Shown one piece after another: positions 1 to 9,439 of a stretch of DNA of 64,000 nucleotides. The position numbers and the translations under genes are program-made. Where the stretch lies: positions 5,358 to 69,357 of the forward strand of contig CANQDG010000004.1 of NCBI GenBank assembly GCA_947591495.1, given 5' to 3'. Under the pieces are notes generated by a model. That model worked only from the letters and a program-made list of their open reading frames with translations. It had not been told where the DNA came from and ran no database searches. The stretch is from an uncultured Bacilli bacterium. GTDB taxonomy: Bacteria; Bacillota_I; Bacilli_A; ML615J-28; CAG-313. Within the stretch, counting starts at the first letter, position 1, and each line of letters starts with the position of its first letter.

Positions 1-21
1 TTTCCTTTTTATTTTTTACAT

Positions 22-62
22 AAAAAAACAATACAAGAAAAAGATCTCTTGTATTGTTTTTT
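22..62. terminator. Bidirectional rho-independent terminator hairpin
   Basis: Perfect 11-bp stem acaatacaaga (28-38) / tcttgtattgt (47-57). An A-run lies to the left and a T-run to the right. It sits just past the stop of the small minus-strand ORF 61..201. Confidence 0.6.
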
Positions 63-201
63 ATTGATCATCACTATCTAAAATTATTGGCTTTAAATAA
101 GGACAGCTTTTAAGACTAATGAAACATCCACCATTATAAAAGCAATCACCACATTTAGCACTTTTAACTTTCTTAACTTTTTTTGTTATTTTTATTTCCA
201 C
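61..201 (-). CDS. Small Cys-rich protein, 46 aa (VEIKITKKVKKVKSAKCGDCFYNGGCFISLKSCPYLKPIILDSDDQ); below the length cutoff of the ORF track
   Basis: GTG start 7 nt after a GGAGG box (aaaggaggaaaaaagtGTG). TAA stop lies immediately before the hairpin at 28-57. Four Cys in a CxxC...C...C pattern. Confidence 0.4.
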   Translation of the reverse strand: MEIKITKKVKKVKSAKCGDCFYNGGCFISLKSCPYLKPIILDSDDQ

Positions 202-310
202 TTTTTTCCTCCTTTTTTATTATTATAAACAAAATTTAAAAACATATGTAAACAATTTTCAAAACATTTTAGAGTATGCTATAATATAACCAAAAGGAGA
301 ACTGATAACA

Positions 311-1426
311 ATGATTTGGATTAACGATAAAAGTTATGAATTTATCAATAATATGACCATTTTTACATTTTTAAAAGATCACAAAATCTTTCTTCCTGCC
401 CTTAATGATGATTTAAGTAAAACTGATAATGAACTATGTATGGTAGAAATTGAAAATCAAAGAGAACTTGTTAATGCGAAAACAACTTATTTAGAAGATG
501 AAATGATTATACATACTAACTCACAAAAAGTCTATGATTATTTAAATGAATATATATATAATCCTTTAAAAGCCTCTACAAATCCTAATCTAGAAATAAA
601 CGCAAATGATTATAATATTTTATTATGTGATGAAGAATTATATGATGAATGTTTATTAAAATATAAAAATACTTATTTTAATGATATTGTTACAACTCAA
701 ATGGGCAAAATGATTTTTTTAGTTGAAGCAAGCAATCAAATGATGCTTCACATTGAAAAAAACTTACAAAACAAAAAACATTCTAATCTTGTTATAAGTG
801 ATTATAGCATTATTAGATATCCCAAAAGTTTACAAGTTAATCTAAAAGAGCCCGAAGAAATCCTTGCACAGTTGATAAAAAACTATTATAAGGTTGCTTT
901 AAAAATTACTAAAGAAATAAAAATAGTTTACATTACAAATAAAAAAGAAAAACTAATTAGTTCTTATGCTAAAAATATTCAATACAAATCTTTTATTGAT
1001 TATATTGTAAACTATGATGATTTTATTTTAAATGAAAGTTTTGAAGTTAGTTATGATGGCCTTATAAGCAAAGCGCTTTATTTTCGTCCAATCGATAAAA
1101 AAAATATTTGTTATCAAGATTTTTTTAATATTTTTAAAGATATGGGCTTTAAAGAAAAATCTTTTAGTATTGTAACTAATGAAGATGCTAAAGAAGTTGT
1201 CGCAACTTATCAAGGCTTTACTGTGAAATGTTTATTTACGACAAAATTTCTTAGTCCATCTAAGATCCAAAAGACCGACTATGACTTTATTTTTATTATA
1301 TCAACTAATGATTTAACAATAATTAGTAAAGAAAAAAATATTTTAAAAGACGATAACTTAAACAAAATATATCGTAAAATTTTAATTAAACCAAATTCTA
1401 GTGATCTTTTTAGGAGATTTGTATGA
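311..1426 (+). CDS. Hypothetical protein with a degenerate 2Fe-2S-ferredoxin-like N-terminus
   Basis: RBS aaaaggaga upstream of the ATG and a 4-nt ATGA overlap with the next gene. The first ~70 aa resemble the N-terminus of the HydA in this window (ELCMVEIENQRELVNAKTTYLEDEMIIHT versus SSCRVCVVEIEGMRSLKNSCTV) but keep only one Cys. The rest is unrecognisable. Confidence 0.6.
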   Translation: MIWINDKSYEFINNMTIFTFLKDHKIFLPALNDDLSKTDNELCMVEIENQRELVNAKTTYLEDEMIIHTNSQKVYDYLNEYIYNPLKASTNPNLEINANDYNILLCDEELYDECLLKYKNTYFNDIVTTQMGKMIFLVEASNQMMLHIEKNLQNKKHSNLVISDYSIIRYPKSLQVNLKEPEEILAQLIKNYYKVALKITKEIKIVYITNKKEKLISSYAKNIQYKSFIDYIVNYDDFILNESFEVSYDGLISKALYFRPIDKKNICYQDFFNIFKDMGFKEKSFSIVTNEDAKEVVATYQGFTVKCLFTTKFLSPSKIQKTDYDFIFIISTNDLTIISKEKNILKDDNLNKIYRKILIKPNSSDLFRRFV

Positions 1427-3318
1427 ATATATCTAAAACATTATTTAAAAATCTCACTAGGTGTCCAAGTTTTATGGGACTTTATGATTTATATCTTAAC
1501 CGCACCTTTAATGAGGTTAAAACAATTGATGGCAAAAAGATTAATCAAGAATTGTTAGATGACATTCTAAACTTAGATGATAATTTATTTAATGAAGAAC
1601 AAGAAAAATTGCAAGAATTACTTTATCAAATGTTTGATGATAGTGATGGTCATGACTTATTAGAACAAACTAATCCTCAAATGGAAGCCTTTAAAGATGT
1701 TTATAAAGAAGTTGAAATGCTTGCTGCAGAGCATGTTGAGGCTTTACTTGGAAAAAGTGTTCAGTTTTCAGATGATACCCATCAACAAAAGAAATTTTCT
1801 TATCGCTTAAATGGTAATGAATTTTATTGCTATTTAGATATCTATTATGAAGATGAAAAAAGCATTAAAGTTTTTGAAGTAAAAACAACAACTTCTTCTA
1901 AATTTGATGATCTTCATATTACGAAGAATAAGCAAACAAGGCCGCTTTTTATAAAAAAAGAAGACCACATCTTTCATCTAAATAAAACAATTGAGCCTAG
2001 TTTATTACAAAATAAATTAAATAAAATAGCAGATCGCTATGGTAAGGTTGGTAAATATATATATGATATTGCTATTCAAAGACATATTATTGAAAATAGT
2101 ATGGAAAATGCAGGCAAAAATGTAGACAAAAAGGTAGAATATTACTTAGTCGTACTTGATGCTAAATATCGCTTTAGTGGTAAATATGATGAAAACAATC
2201 AACCTCTTTATTTACCAGATCAAGATGGTAATGAACTATTCAATGTTTATGATGTAACAGAGTTAACGACACCTTATCAAGAACAAATTTTAAATGAACG
2301 CACTCTTCTTTTTGAGTGGCAGGAAAACTTGGCAATTAAAACGAATGTTTTAGGAAAACATTGTCAATATAAAGAAACTACTCAGTGTAAATTTTGCCCT
2401 GTATGTATGAAAAAGGTTTTAAAAGATGGTTCAATTTTGGAATATTTAGATAAACATCGGGCCTTTTTTGTGCAAAATGAAAAAGGACGTGATAAAAGGG
2501 TTGATGTTTATGATTTGATTAATCAAGGTCTTACCACGATTCCAGATGCCAAACCATATCTACGCAAGCCTAATAATCTTATGCAATGTGATACTTATGA
2601 AAATAATTATATATATATCAATAAGCCACAAATTGAGGCTTCTTTAGCAAATATTTCGTATCCAATTTATTATTTAGATTTTGAAAGTTACAATTCACCA
2701 CTTCCACGATTTTTCCAAGAGTCACCTTATATGCAATCTTTATTTCAATATTCTTTACATGTTGAGAAGGCTAAAAATCAGTGTGATTTAGTAAAAGATC
2801 ACAAAGAGTTCCTTGCGAAAGATCATTTAGACCATCGTGAAGAATTAATCAAACAATTAATTGAAGATATTGATTTAAGTCAAGGGGGAACGGTTATTGT
2901 TTATAATAAATCATTTGAACAAACGCGTTTAAAAGAACTTGCAAGAATATTTCCAAAATATCAAGAAGCTCTATATAATATTCATGATCATATTTATGAT
3001 TTATTAGATTCTTTAAAAGGTAAAGCCGATCAAGTAGAAGACAAAGATACACAACCAACCTTTAATTATTATCATCCATTACTTCATGGTTCCTTTTCTA
3101 TTAAGAAAGTTTTACCGCTTTTTAGTGATTTATCATATCAAAATTTAGAAGTTAAAAATGGTACTGAGGCGATTGTAACATATGGTATGTTACCTTATTT
3201 AACCGAACAAGAATATAAAGAAAAATATTTAGCATTAAGCGTTTATTGTAGGCAAGATACTTGGGCGATGGTTGAAATATTAAGAGGCCTTTACGAGTTA
3301 ATAAAAAACCCTAATTAG
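1423..3318 (+). CDS. DUF2779-type protein: Cas4/AddB-like Fe-S PD-(D/E)XK nuclease domain fused to a DEDD-type exonuclease-like domain
   Basis: Motifs: TRCPSF, DIYYEDEKSIKVFEVKTT, CQYKETTQCKFCPVC, then YYLDFES, VYNKSFEQTRL and CRQDTWAM. Confidence 0.8.
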   Translation: MNISKTLFKNLTRCPSFMGLYDLYLNRTFNEVKTIDGKKINQELLDDILNLDDNLFNEEQEKLQELLYQMFDDSDGHDLLEQTNPQMEAFKDVYKEVEMLAAEHVEALLGKSVQFSDDTHQQKKFSYRLNGNEFYCYLDIYYEDEKSIKVFEVKTTTSSKFDDLHITKNKQTRPLFIKKEDHIFHLNKTIEPSLLQNKLNKIADRYGKVGKYIYDIAIQRHIIENSMENAGKNVDKKVEYYLVVLDAKYRFSGKYDENNQPLYLPDQDGNELFNVYDVTELTTPYQEQILNERTLLFEWQENLAIKTNVLGKHCQYKETTQCKFCPVCMKKVLKDGSILEYLDKHRAFFVQNEKGRDKRVDVYDLINQGLTTIPDAKPYLRKPNNLMQCDTYENNYIYINKPQIEASLANISYPIYYLDFESYNSPLPRFFQESPYMQSLFQYSLHVEKAKNQCDLVKDHKEFLAKDHLDHREELIKQLIEDIDLSQGGTVIVYNKSFEQTRLKELARIFPKYQEALYNIHDHIYDLLDSLKGKADQVEDKDTQPTFNYYHPLLHGSFSIKKVLPLFSDLSYQNLEVKNGTEAIVTYGMLPYLTEQEYKEKYLALSVYCRQDTWAMVEILRGLYELIKNPN

Positions 3319-3332
3319 TTTTAGGGTTTTTT
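3303..3332. terminator. Bidirectional terminator between convergent genes
   Basis: Stem aaaaccctaa (3305-3314) / ttagggtttt (3321-3330), flanked by A and T runs. Confidence 0.6.
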
Positions 3333-3338
3333 ATGCTA

Positions 3339-4640
3339 TTAGAAAAGAAAAATAGCTTCTAAATCATAGGCTAACGCCTTAATAATTTTCACTTTTTGAA
3401 TGCTTCCTATCGTAATTTTGTCATCATAAGAAGTATTAACATATATATAACCATCAACATCATCAGGTGCATAAGCAAAACTTCGAACGACGTAACATCC
3501 ATGATAGTCATCATAACGATCAACTAAAACACTATAAGTTTTTCCAACTTCTTTTTGATTAAGTTCATAAGATATTTGTAGTTGCAAACGCATTAAAATA
3601 TCTTTTCGCTTTTCCATAACATTTTGATCTACTTTAGGATACATTAAGAATCCCTTTGTATCTTCTTCATCAGAATAAGTAAAAATACCTAAATGATTAA
3701 ATTTAATAGTTTTAACAAAATCAACTAATTCTAAAAAGTCCTCATCATCTTCAGTAGGAAAGCCCACCATTAAAGTTGTTCTAATTGTCGCATCAGGAAT
3801 TTCATGCCTTATTTTATTAAATAAATCTACTAAAAAGGCTTTACTTCCTCTTCTTGCCATATTAGTTAAAATCTTATCACTGGCATGTTGAATTGGTATA
3901 TCAAAATACTTAGCAACGCGCTGATTATTTTTGATTTCCGCAATCAATCCATCAGTAATTTCATCGGGATATAAATAAAGCACCCGAATTACTTTAATGC
4001 CATCTAGCATACTGATACTTCTTAATAAGTCTTCTAAACGTTTACCTTCATTTAAATCAGTTCCATAACGGGTAGTATCTTGTCCTATTAAAGTAATCTC
4101 TTTGACGTTTTGTTTGATTAGCGTTTTAGCTTCTTCAATGATTTTTTCAAAAGGTCGACTTCTAAATGGTCCTCTAATTAAAGGAATAGCACAATAATTA
4201 CAACGATTATTACATCCTTCAGAAATTCGTAAGTAAGCAGTATGAGAAGGGGTTGCAATTAAGCGATTGTTGTAATCCATTTTATATGAATAATTGGTAT
4301 TTAATATTTTTTGAAACAATTCATCTATATGACTATAATCTTTAATGGGAAAATAGATATCAACCTCAGGGATACTTTGTTTTAAATCTTCTAAATATCG
4401 TTCAACTAAACATCCCATCGCAATAATAATTTTTTTACCCTTATTCTTTGTAACATCTAAAATGGTATCAATAGCTTCTTTTTTGGCACTTTCAATAAAT
4501 CCACAAGTATTGACTACAATAATATCAGCTTGGGATAAATTAGTCGTGATAGTTAGATTGTATTTTTGGGCTACTCCTAAAAATAATTCTGAATCAATTA
4601 GATTTTTAGCACAACCCAAAGAAATCATTCCTAATTTCAT
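3339..4640 (-). CDS. rimO: Ribosomal protein S12 methylthiotransferase (MiaB/RimO radical-SAM family)
   Basis: N-terminal ISLGCAKNLIDSE, radical-SAM CNNRCNYCAIP, C-terminal TRAM-like segment; 433 aa. Confidence 0.85.
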   Translation of the reverse strand: MKLGMISLGCAKNLIDSELFLGVAQKYNLTITTNLSQADIIVVNTCGFIESAKKEAIDTILDVTKNKGKKIIIAMGCLVERYLEDLKQSIPEVDIYFPIKDYSHIDELFQKILNTNYSYKMDYNNRLIATPSHTAYLRISEGCNNRCNYCAIPLIRGPFRSRPFEKIIEEAKTLIKQNVKEITLIGQDTTRYGTDLNEGKRLEDLLRSISMLDGIKVIRVLYLYPDEITDGLIAEIKNNQRVAKYFDIPIQHASDKILTNMARRGSKAFLVDLFNKIRHEIPDATIRTTLMVGFPTEDDEDFLELVDFVKTIKFNHLGIFTYSDEEDTKGFLMYPKVDQNVMEKRKDILMRLQLQISYELNQKEVGKTYSVLVDRYDDYHGCYVVRSFAYAPDDVDGYIYVNTSYDDKITIGSIQKVKIIKALAYDLEAIFLF

Positions 4641-4784
4641 TTTGGACTCCTTTATTTTATATATATATTAACATTATACAACAAAGACATAAATTTTTCA
4701 AATTTATTAGGTTTAATTTTTGACCTTTATAAGTTTTTTTGTTATAATATATATATCTTAAATAATTTAGAAAGAAGGAATAAA

Positions 4785-5360
4785 ATGGCTAAAGAATTTA
4801 TTGTTGAAACATCTGCTCGTCATGTGCACCTAACAGAAGCCGATTTTAAAGCTTTATTTGGAACTGATGCAACCCTTACAGTGAAAAAGTATTTATCACA
4901 ACCTGGACAATTCGCTGCCGAAGAGCGAGTTAGTATTGTTGGCCCTAAAAAAGAAATTGCTAATGTATCAATTTTAGGTCCTTTTAGAAAAGCCTCTCAA
5001 GTTGAGCTTTCCGCAACCGATGCAAGAAGTATTGGTGTTCCCATTGTTATTAGAGAATCAGGTGATTTAGAAAACACCCCTGGATGTAAAATTGTTGGTC
5101 CAATTGGTAGCATTGAACTAAAGGAAGGGGTAATCGTGGCTAAACGTCATATTCATGCTACTGAAGCTGATGCTAAAGAACTTCAAGTTAAAGATAAAGA
5201 TATCGTTAAAGTTGAAGTTAACACGCCTGAAAGATCATTAATTTTTGGTGATGTAGTTGTAAGAGTTAGTAATACTTATGCGCTTGCTATGCATATTGAT
5301 ACGGATGAATCAAACGCTGCTGGTATGGTGCCAAATGTAATGGGAAAAATTGTTAAATAA
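4785..5360 (+). CDS. pduL: Phosphate acyltransferase PduL
   Basis: Duplicated PduL signatures SARHVHLTEADFKALFG and AKRHIHATEADA. Consensus promoter TTGACC-17-TATAAT lies upstream. Confidence 0.85.
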   Translation: MAKEFIVETSARHVHLTEADFKALFGTDATLTVKKYLSQPGQFAAEERVSIVGPKKEIANVSILGPFRKASQVELSATDARSIGVPIVIRESGDLENTPGCKIVGPIGSIELKEGVIVAKRHIHATEADAKELQVKDKDIVKVEVNTPERSLIFGDVVVRVSNTYALAMHIDTDESNAAGMVPNVMGKIVK

Positions 5361-5496
5361 AAAAACTAAAAAACTATAAAAGATGCTTAAGGAAAATATC
5401 AAAATCCTTAAAGCATCTTTTATTTTTCGTTATATGTGCAAAAAAAAACAAAATAGTGTATAATTATAGATAATTAAAAATATCACGAAAGGATCT

Positions 5497-5733
5497 ATGA
5501 TCAAAATGATTTGCCCTAACTGTCATAATGAAAATCGATATGATGCGTTAACTTGTGATTTTTGCATGGCTAAACTACCCATGACAACCAAGCGTCAAAA
5601 AGAAATTAAACAAAGACAAAAATTAGAAAAGAAAAATAAACTTAGTAAATCAATTACAAAACTATTAGGATTATTACTAGGACTTGTAGTCATTATTTTA
5701 ATTATTGTAGTTGTTTATTTAATAAGGAAGTAA
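5497..5733 (+). CDS. Zinc-ribbon membrane protein
   Basis: CPNC...CDFC zinc ribbon followed by a C-terminal hydrophobic helix. The stop is 3 nt before mnmG. Confidence 0.55.
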   Translation: MIKMICPNCHNENRYDALTCDFCMAKLPMTTKRQKEIKQRQKLEKKNKLSKSITKLLGLLLGLVVIILIIVVVYLIRK

Positions 5734-5736
5734 AAT

Positions 5737-7653
5737 ATGAGTCCACTTATTAACAAAGAAGCAATCAAAAAACAATATGATGTATTAGTAGTAGGTGGTG
5801 GACATGCCGGAATTGAGGCCGCTCTTGCGACAAGTCGAGTTGGACTTTCCACTATTATGGTATGTGGTAGTTTTAAACGAATTGGTAACATGCCTTGTAA
5901 TCCTTCTATTGGTGGACCGGCTAAAGGTATTTTAGTGCGTGAAATTGATGCCTTAGGTGGACAAATGGCTAAATCAGCTGATAAAACAGCTCTTCAAGTT
6001 AAGATGTTAAATAGTTCTAAAGGTCCAGCAGTTAGAGCTATGCGTGTTCAATCTGATAAATTAAAATATGCAAGGTATATGCAAGAAGTGGTCACAGCTG
6101 AACCTCATTTAGATATATATATCGCTCTAGTTGATCGCCTTATTAGTTCATCATCTAACCAAATAGAAGGTGTTATCCTTGAAGATGATACAAAGATTAT
6201 GGCTAAAGCTGTTATTATTACGACTGGTACTTATTTATCATCACGTGTGCTCTGTGGCAAAAATGCTACACCATCAGGCCCTGATGGTGAGAAAACTAAT
6301 TATGGTTTATCAAAATCGTTAAAAGCAATGGGCTTTAATCTAATTAGATTAAAAACGGGCACACCACCTAGAATTTATACCGACTCCATTGATTTTTCAA
6401 AAGCTAAAATTGAACTAGGAACTAATATGCCTTTAACTTTTAGTTATGAAACTGATCCAAAAGATATGTTAGAATATGATAAACAAGTCCCATGTTACCT
6501 TATTTATACTACTTCAAAAACTCACCAAATTATTTTAGAACATCTTCATGAATCAAGTATGTATTCGGGGATTGTTGAAGGAGTAGGACCAAGATACTGC
6601 CCATCAATTGAAGATAAAATTGTAAGGTTTGCTGACAAAGAGCGCCACCAATTATTTTTAGAACCAGAAAGTTTAGAAATTAATGAAACTTATCTTCAAG
6701 GTTTTTCAACTAGTATGCCTCATGAAGTTCAAGAACAAATGGTTCATTCCCTTATCGGATTTGAAAATGCTAAAATTGCTAAATATGCTTATGCCATTGA
6801 ATATGATGCCATTAATCCCTTAGAGTTAAAACCATCACTTGAAAGTAAAAAGATAAGTGGCTTATTCTTTGGTGGTCAAGTTAATGGCACTAGTGGTTAT
6901 GAAGAAGCCGCTGCTCAAGGCTTAATAGCAGGCATCAATGCTATTAATTATATCAAACATAATCCACCCCTTATCTTAAGACGAGATGAGGCCTATATTG
7001 GTGTTTTAATTGATGACTTAGTAACTAAAGGAGTCACTGATCCTTATAGAATGTTAACCTCAAGAGCTGAATATCGCTTACTTTTAAGACATGATAACGC
7101 TGAAGAAAGATTAATTAAATATGGCTATCAAGTAGGATTAATTAAAGAAAAACGTTATCAAGCCTATCTTGATAAACGAGTTGCTATTGATAATGAAAAG
7201 AAGCGTCTTCAAACCTTAAAGATAACTCCTAAAATGCAAGTTAATGAATACTTAAACCAAATTAACTCAGCCCCTCTTCATGAAGGAATGTTTGCGATTG
7301 AGTTAATGAGACGCCCTGAAATTAATTATCAAGATCTTGTTAAAATGTTAAATTTAGATAATCCTTTAAATTATGAACTAGGCGATATGTTAAATATTGA
7401 AATTAAATATCAAGGTTATATTGATAAAGCTTACAAAGAAGCATCCCGCGTCTTAAAACTAGAAAGCCTCAAGATACCATCTGATCTTTCTTATGATGAT
7501 GTATCTAATCTTGCAAGCGAAGCACGGGAAAAGCTTACACGTATTAAGCCTGTCACAATTGCACAAGCAGCTAGAATTAGTGGAGTTAATCCCGCTGATA
7601 TTTCTATTCTCATTGTTTATCTTGAAAGCCTAAGAAGGAAACAACATGAATAA
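5737..7653 (+). CDS. mnmG: tRNA uridine 5-carboxymethylaminomethyl modification enzyme MnmG (GidA)
   Basis: FAD motif VVGGGHAGIEAA, NPSIGGPAKG and GPRYCPSIEDK; 638 aa. Confidence 0.97.
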   Translation: MSPLINKEAIKKQYDVLVVGGGHAGIEAALATSRVGLSTIMVCGSFKRIGNMPCNPSIGGPAKGILVREIDALGGQMAKSADKTALQVKMLNSSKGPAVRAMRVQSDKLKYARYMQEVVTAEPHLDIYIALVDRLISSSSNQIEGVILEDDTKIMAKAVIITTGTYLSSRVLCGKNATPSGPDGEKTNYGLSKSLKAMGFNLIRLKTGTPPRIYTDSIDFSKAKIELGTNMPLTFSYETDPKDMLEYDKQVPCYLIYTTSKTHQIILEHLHESSMYSGIVEGVGPRYCPSIEDKIVRFADKERHQLFLEPESLEINETYLQGFSTSMPHEVQEQMVHSLIGFENAKIAKYAYAIEYDAINPLELKPSLESKKISGLFFGGQVNGTSGYEEAAAQGLIAGINAINYIKHNPPLILRRDEAYIGVLIDDLVTKGVTDPYRMLTSRAEYRLLLRHDNAEERLIKYGYQVGLIKEKRYQAYLDKRVAIDNEKKRLQTLKITPKMQVNEYLNQINSAPLHEGMFAIELMRRPEINYQDLVKMLNLDNPLNYELGDMLNIEIKYQGYIDKAYKEASRVLKLESLKIPSDLSYDDVSNLASEAREKLTRIKPVTIAQAARISGVNPADISILIVYLESLRRKQHE

Positions 7654-8335
7654 TATTATTTTAAACATTCAACCCTTATCAGCTTTACAACTAGAACAAT
7701 TACATCAATATTACGAGCTTTTAATTACTAAAGCTAAAATAATGAATCTTACAACGATTACCGAAGAACAAGAAGTATATATCAAACATTTCTATGATAG
7801 TCTTTTAGTTTTAAAAGAAGAATCATCATTAGATGGTAAAACTCTTTTAGATCTTGGTAGTGGTGCAGGACTTCCGGGGATTGTTTTAAAAATTGCCTAT
7901 CCAGCACTTAAAGTAACACTCCTTGATGCAACCCAAAAAAAGTGTCAATTTTTACAAGAAGTAATCGACACTTTAGCCTTAAAAGATATCACTGTTATAT
8001 GTGATAGAGCTGAACATTTCATCAAAGAAAAACACGAAACCTTTGATTTAGTTGTCGCACGTGCGGTTGCAAGCCTTAATATTCTTTCAGAATTAGCCCT
8101 TGGTTTTGTCAAAAAAGGGGGTAAATTTCTTGCGATGAAAGGGGCTTCTTATCAAGAAGAATTAAACAGTGCAACCAGTGCAATTACTATTTTAGGGGGA
8201 AAATTAACTAATAAATATCAATATGAATTACCCCTTTTGATGGGAACTAGATGTATTTTAGAAATAACTAAAGAAAAAAATACCCCTCATAACTATCCTA
8301 GACCTTATGCCAAAATCAAACAAAAACCCCTTTAA
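7646..8335 (+). CDS. rsmG: 16S rRNA (guanine527-N7)-methyltransferase RsmG (GidB)
   Basis: SAM motif LLDLGSGAGLPGIVLKI and VARAVA. Overlaps the mnmG stop, the conserved mnmG-rsmG order. Confidence 0.93.
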   Translation: MNNIILNIQPLSALQLEQLHQYYELLITKAKIMNLTTITEEQEVYIKHFYDSLLVLKEESSLDGKTLLDLGSGAGLPGIVLKIAYPALKVTLLDATQKKCQFLQEVIDTLALKDITVICDRAEHFIKEKHETFDLVVARAVASLNILSELALGFVKKGGKFLAMKGASYQEELNSATSAITILGGKLTNKYQYELPLLMGTRCILEITKEKNTPHNYPRPYAKIKQKPL

Positions 8336-8349
8336 AACTGGAGGTGCAC

Positions 8350-9135
8350 ATGAGTAAAATAATATCAATTGTCAACCAAAAAGGAGGAGTAGGTAAGACT
8401 ACAACAACGATTAATCTAGGTGCTTCACTTGCTTACTATAACCAAAAAGTCCTAATCATCGACTATGATCAACAAGCAAATGCAACCATTGGACTAGGAA
8501 TTAATCGCGAAGACATTTTATTTGATGTTACTGATTTTTTCACTCATATTGGCTTTTTAAGAAAAGCTATTATTAAAACTAAAATTAAAAATCTAGACTT
8601 AATAGCCTCATCTATTAAACTTGCTAACATTGAAGAAAGCCTTTATATGATTCCAGATAAAGAACAATTACTAAAACGTAAACTAGACATGATTAAAGAT
8701 GAATATGATTTCATCTTAATTGATTGTCCCCCATCACTTGGCTTAATTGTTGATAATGCTTTATACGCCAGTGATTCGGTTTTAATACCGGTTGAATGTG
8801 GGTTTTATGCTTATGATGCCTTAACCCAAATGATTAATAAAATTGATAAAATTCAAGCTAGTAAAGATATCGAAATAGAAGGTATTTTACTAACTAAACT
8901 AGATAATAAAAATACTTTAGGATATGATATCGTCGAAAAAGTTAAATTCTTATTCCCTGAAAAAATCTTTCATACCATCATTACCCGTTCTTCCCATTTA
9001 CAAGAAGCACCCATGCATGGTAAAAGTGTCTTAGATTTTTCTTTTAATTCAAGAGGAGCTAAAGAATATCGCATGCTCGCTGAAGAAATCCTAAACAATA
9101 ACAAAATTCCTATTTTAAAGGAGCTAAAAATATGA
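8350..9135 (+). CDS. parA: ParA/Soj-type partition ATPase
   Basis: Deviant Walker A NQKGGVGKTTT and DCPPSLG. I prefer the ATG at 8350 (GGAGG 5-6 nt upstream) over the GTG at 8344 given in the ORF track. Confidence 0.9.
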   Translation: MSKIISIVNQKGGVGKTTTTINLGASLAYYNQKVLIIDYDQQANATIGLGINREDILFDVTDFFTHIGFLRKAIIKTKIKNLDLIASSIKLANIEESLYMIPDKEQLLKRKLDMIKDEYDFILIDCPPSLGLIVDNALYASDSVLIPVECGFYAYDALTQMINKIDKIQASKDIEIEGILLTKLDNKNTLGYDIVEKVKFLFPEKIFHTIITRSSHLQEAPMHGKSVLDFSFNSRGAKEYRMLAEEILNNNKIPILKELKI

Positions 9136-9329
9136 TTGATGCAACCCAAGTAGAAGTAGGCGACTTTTTAAAATTCAAAAAAAATCATCCATGTGGGGCT
9201 AATACATGGAAAGTTTTAAGAATAGGCCTTGATTTCAAATTAGAATGCACAACTTGTAAAAGAGTCATTATGATTGAAAGACTTAACGTTATCAAAAAAG
9301 CTAAAGAAATCATTAAACAGCCATCATAA
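9132..9329 (+). CDS. DUF951-family small protein
   Basis: VGDFLKFKKNHPCGANTWKVLRIGLDFKLECTTCKR matches the DUF951 pattern. Overlaps the parA stop. Confidence 0.7.
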   Translation: MIDATQVEVGDFLKFKKNHPCGANTWKVLRIGLDFKLECTTCKRVIMIERLNVIKKAKEIIKQPS

Positions 9330-9439
9330 AAAAATAAAAAAGCAAAAGCAAGTGCTATTTATCTTGTTTTTGCTTTTTATGACAAAAAGAAGTTGTATAA
9401 TAAAGAAAATCAATACTATAAATCTAGGGGGAAACTTTT

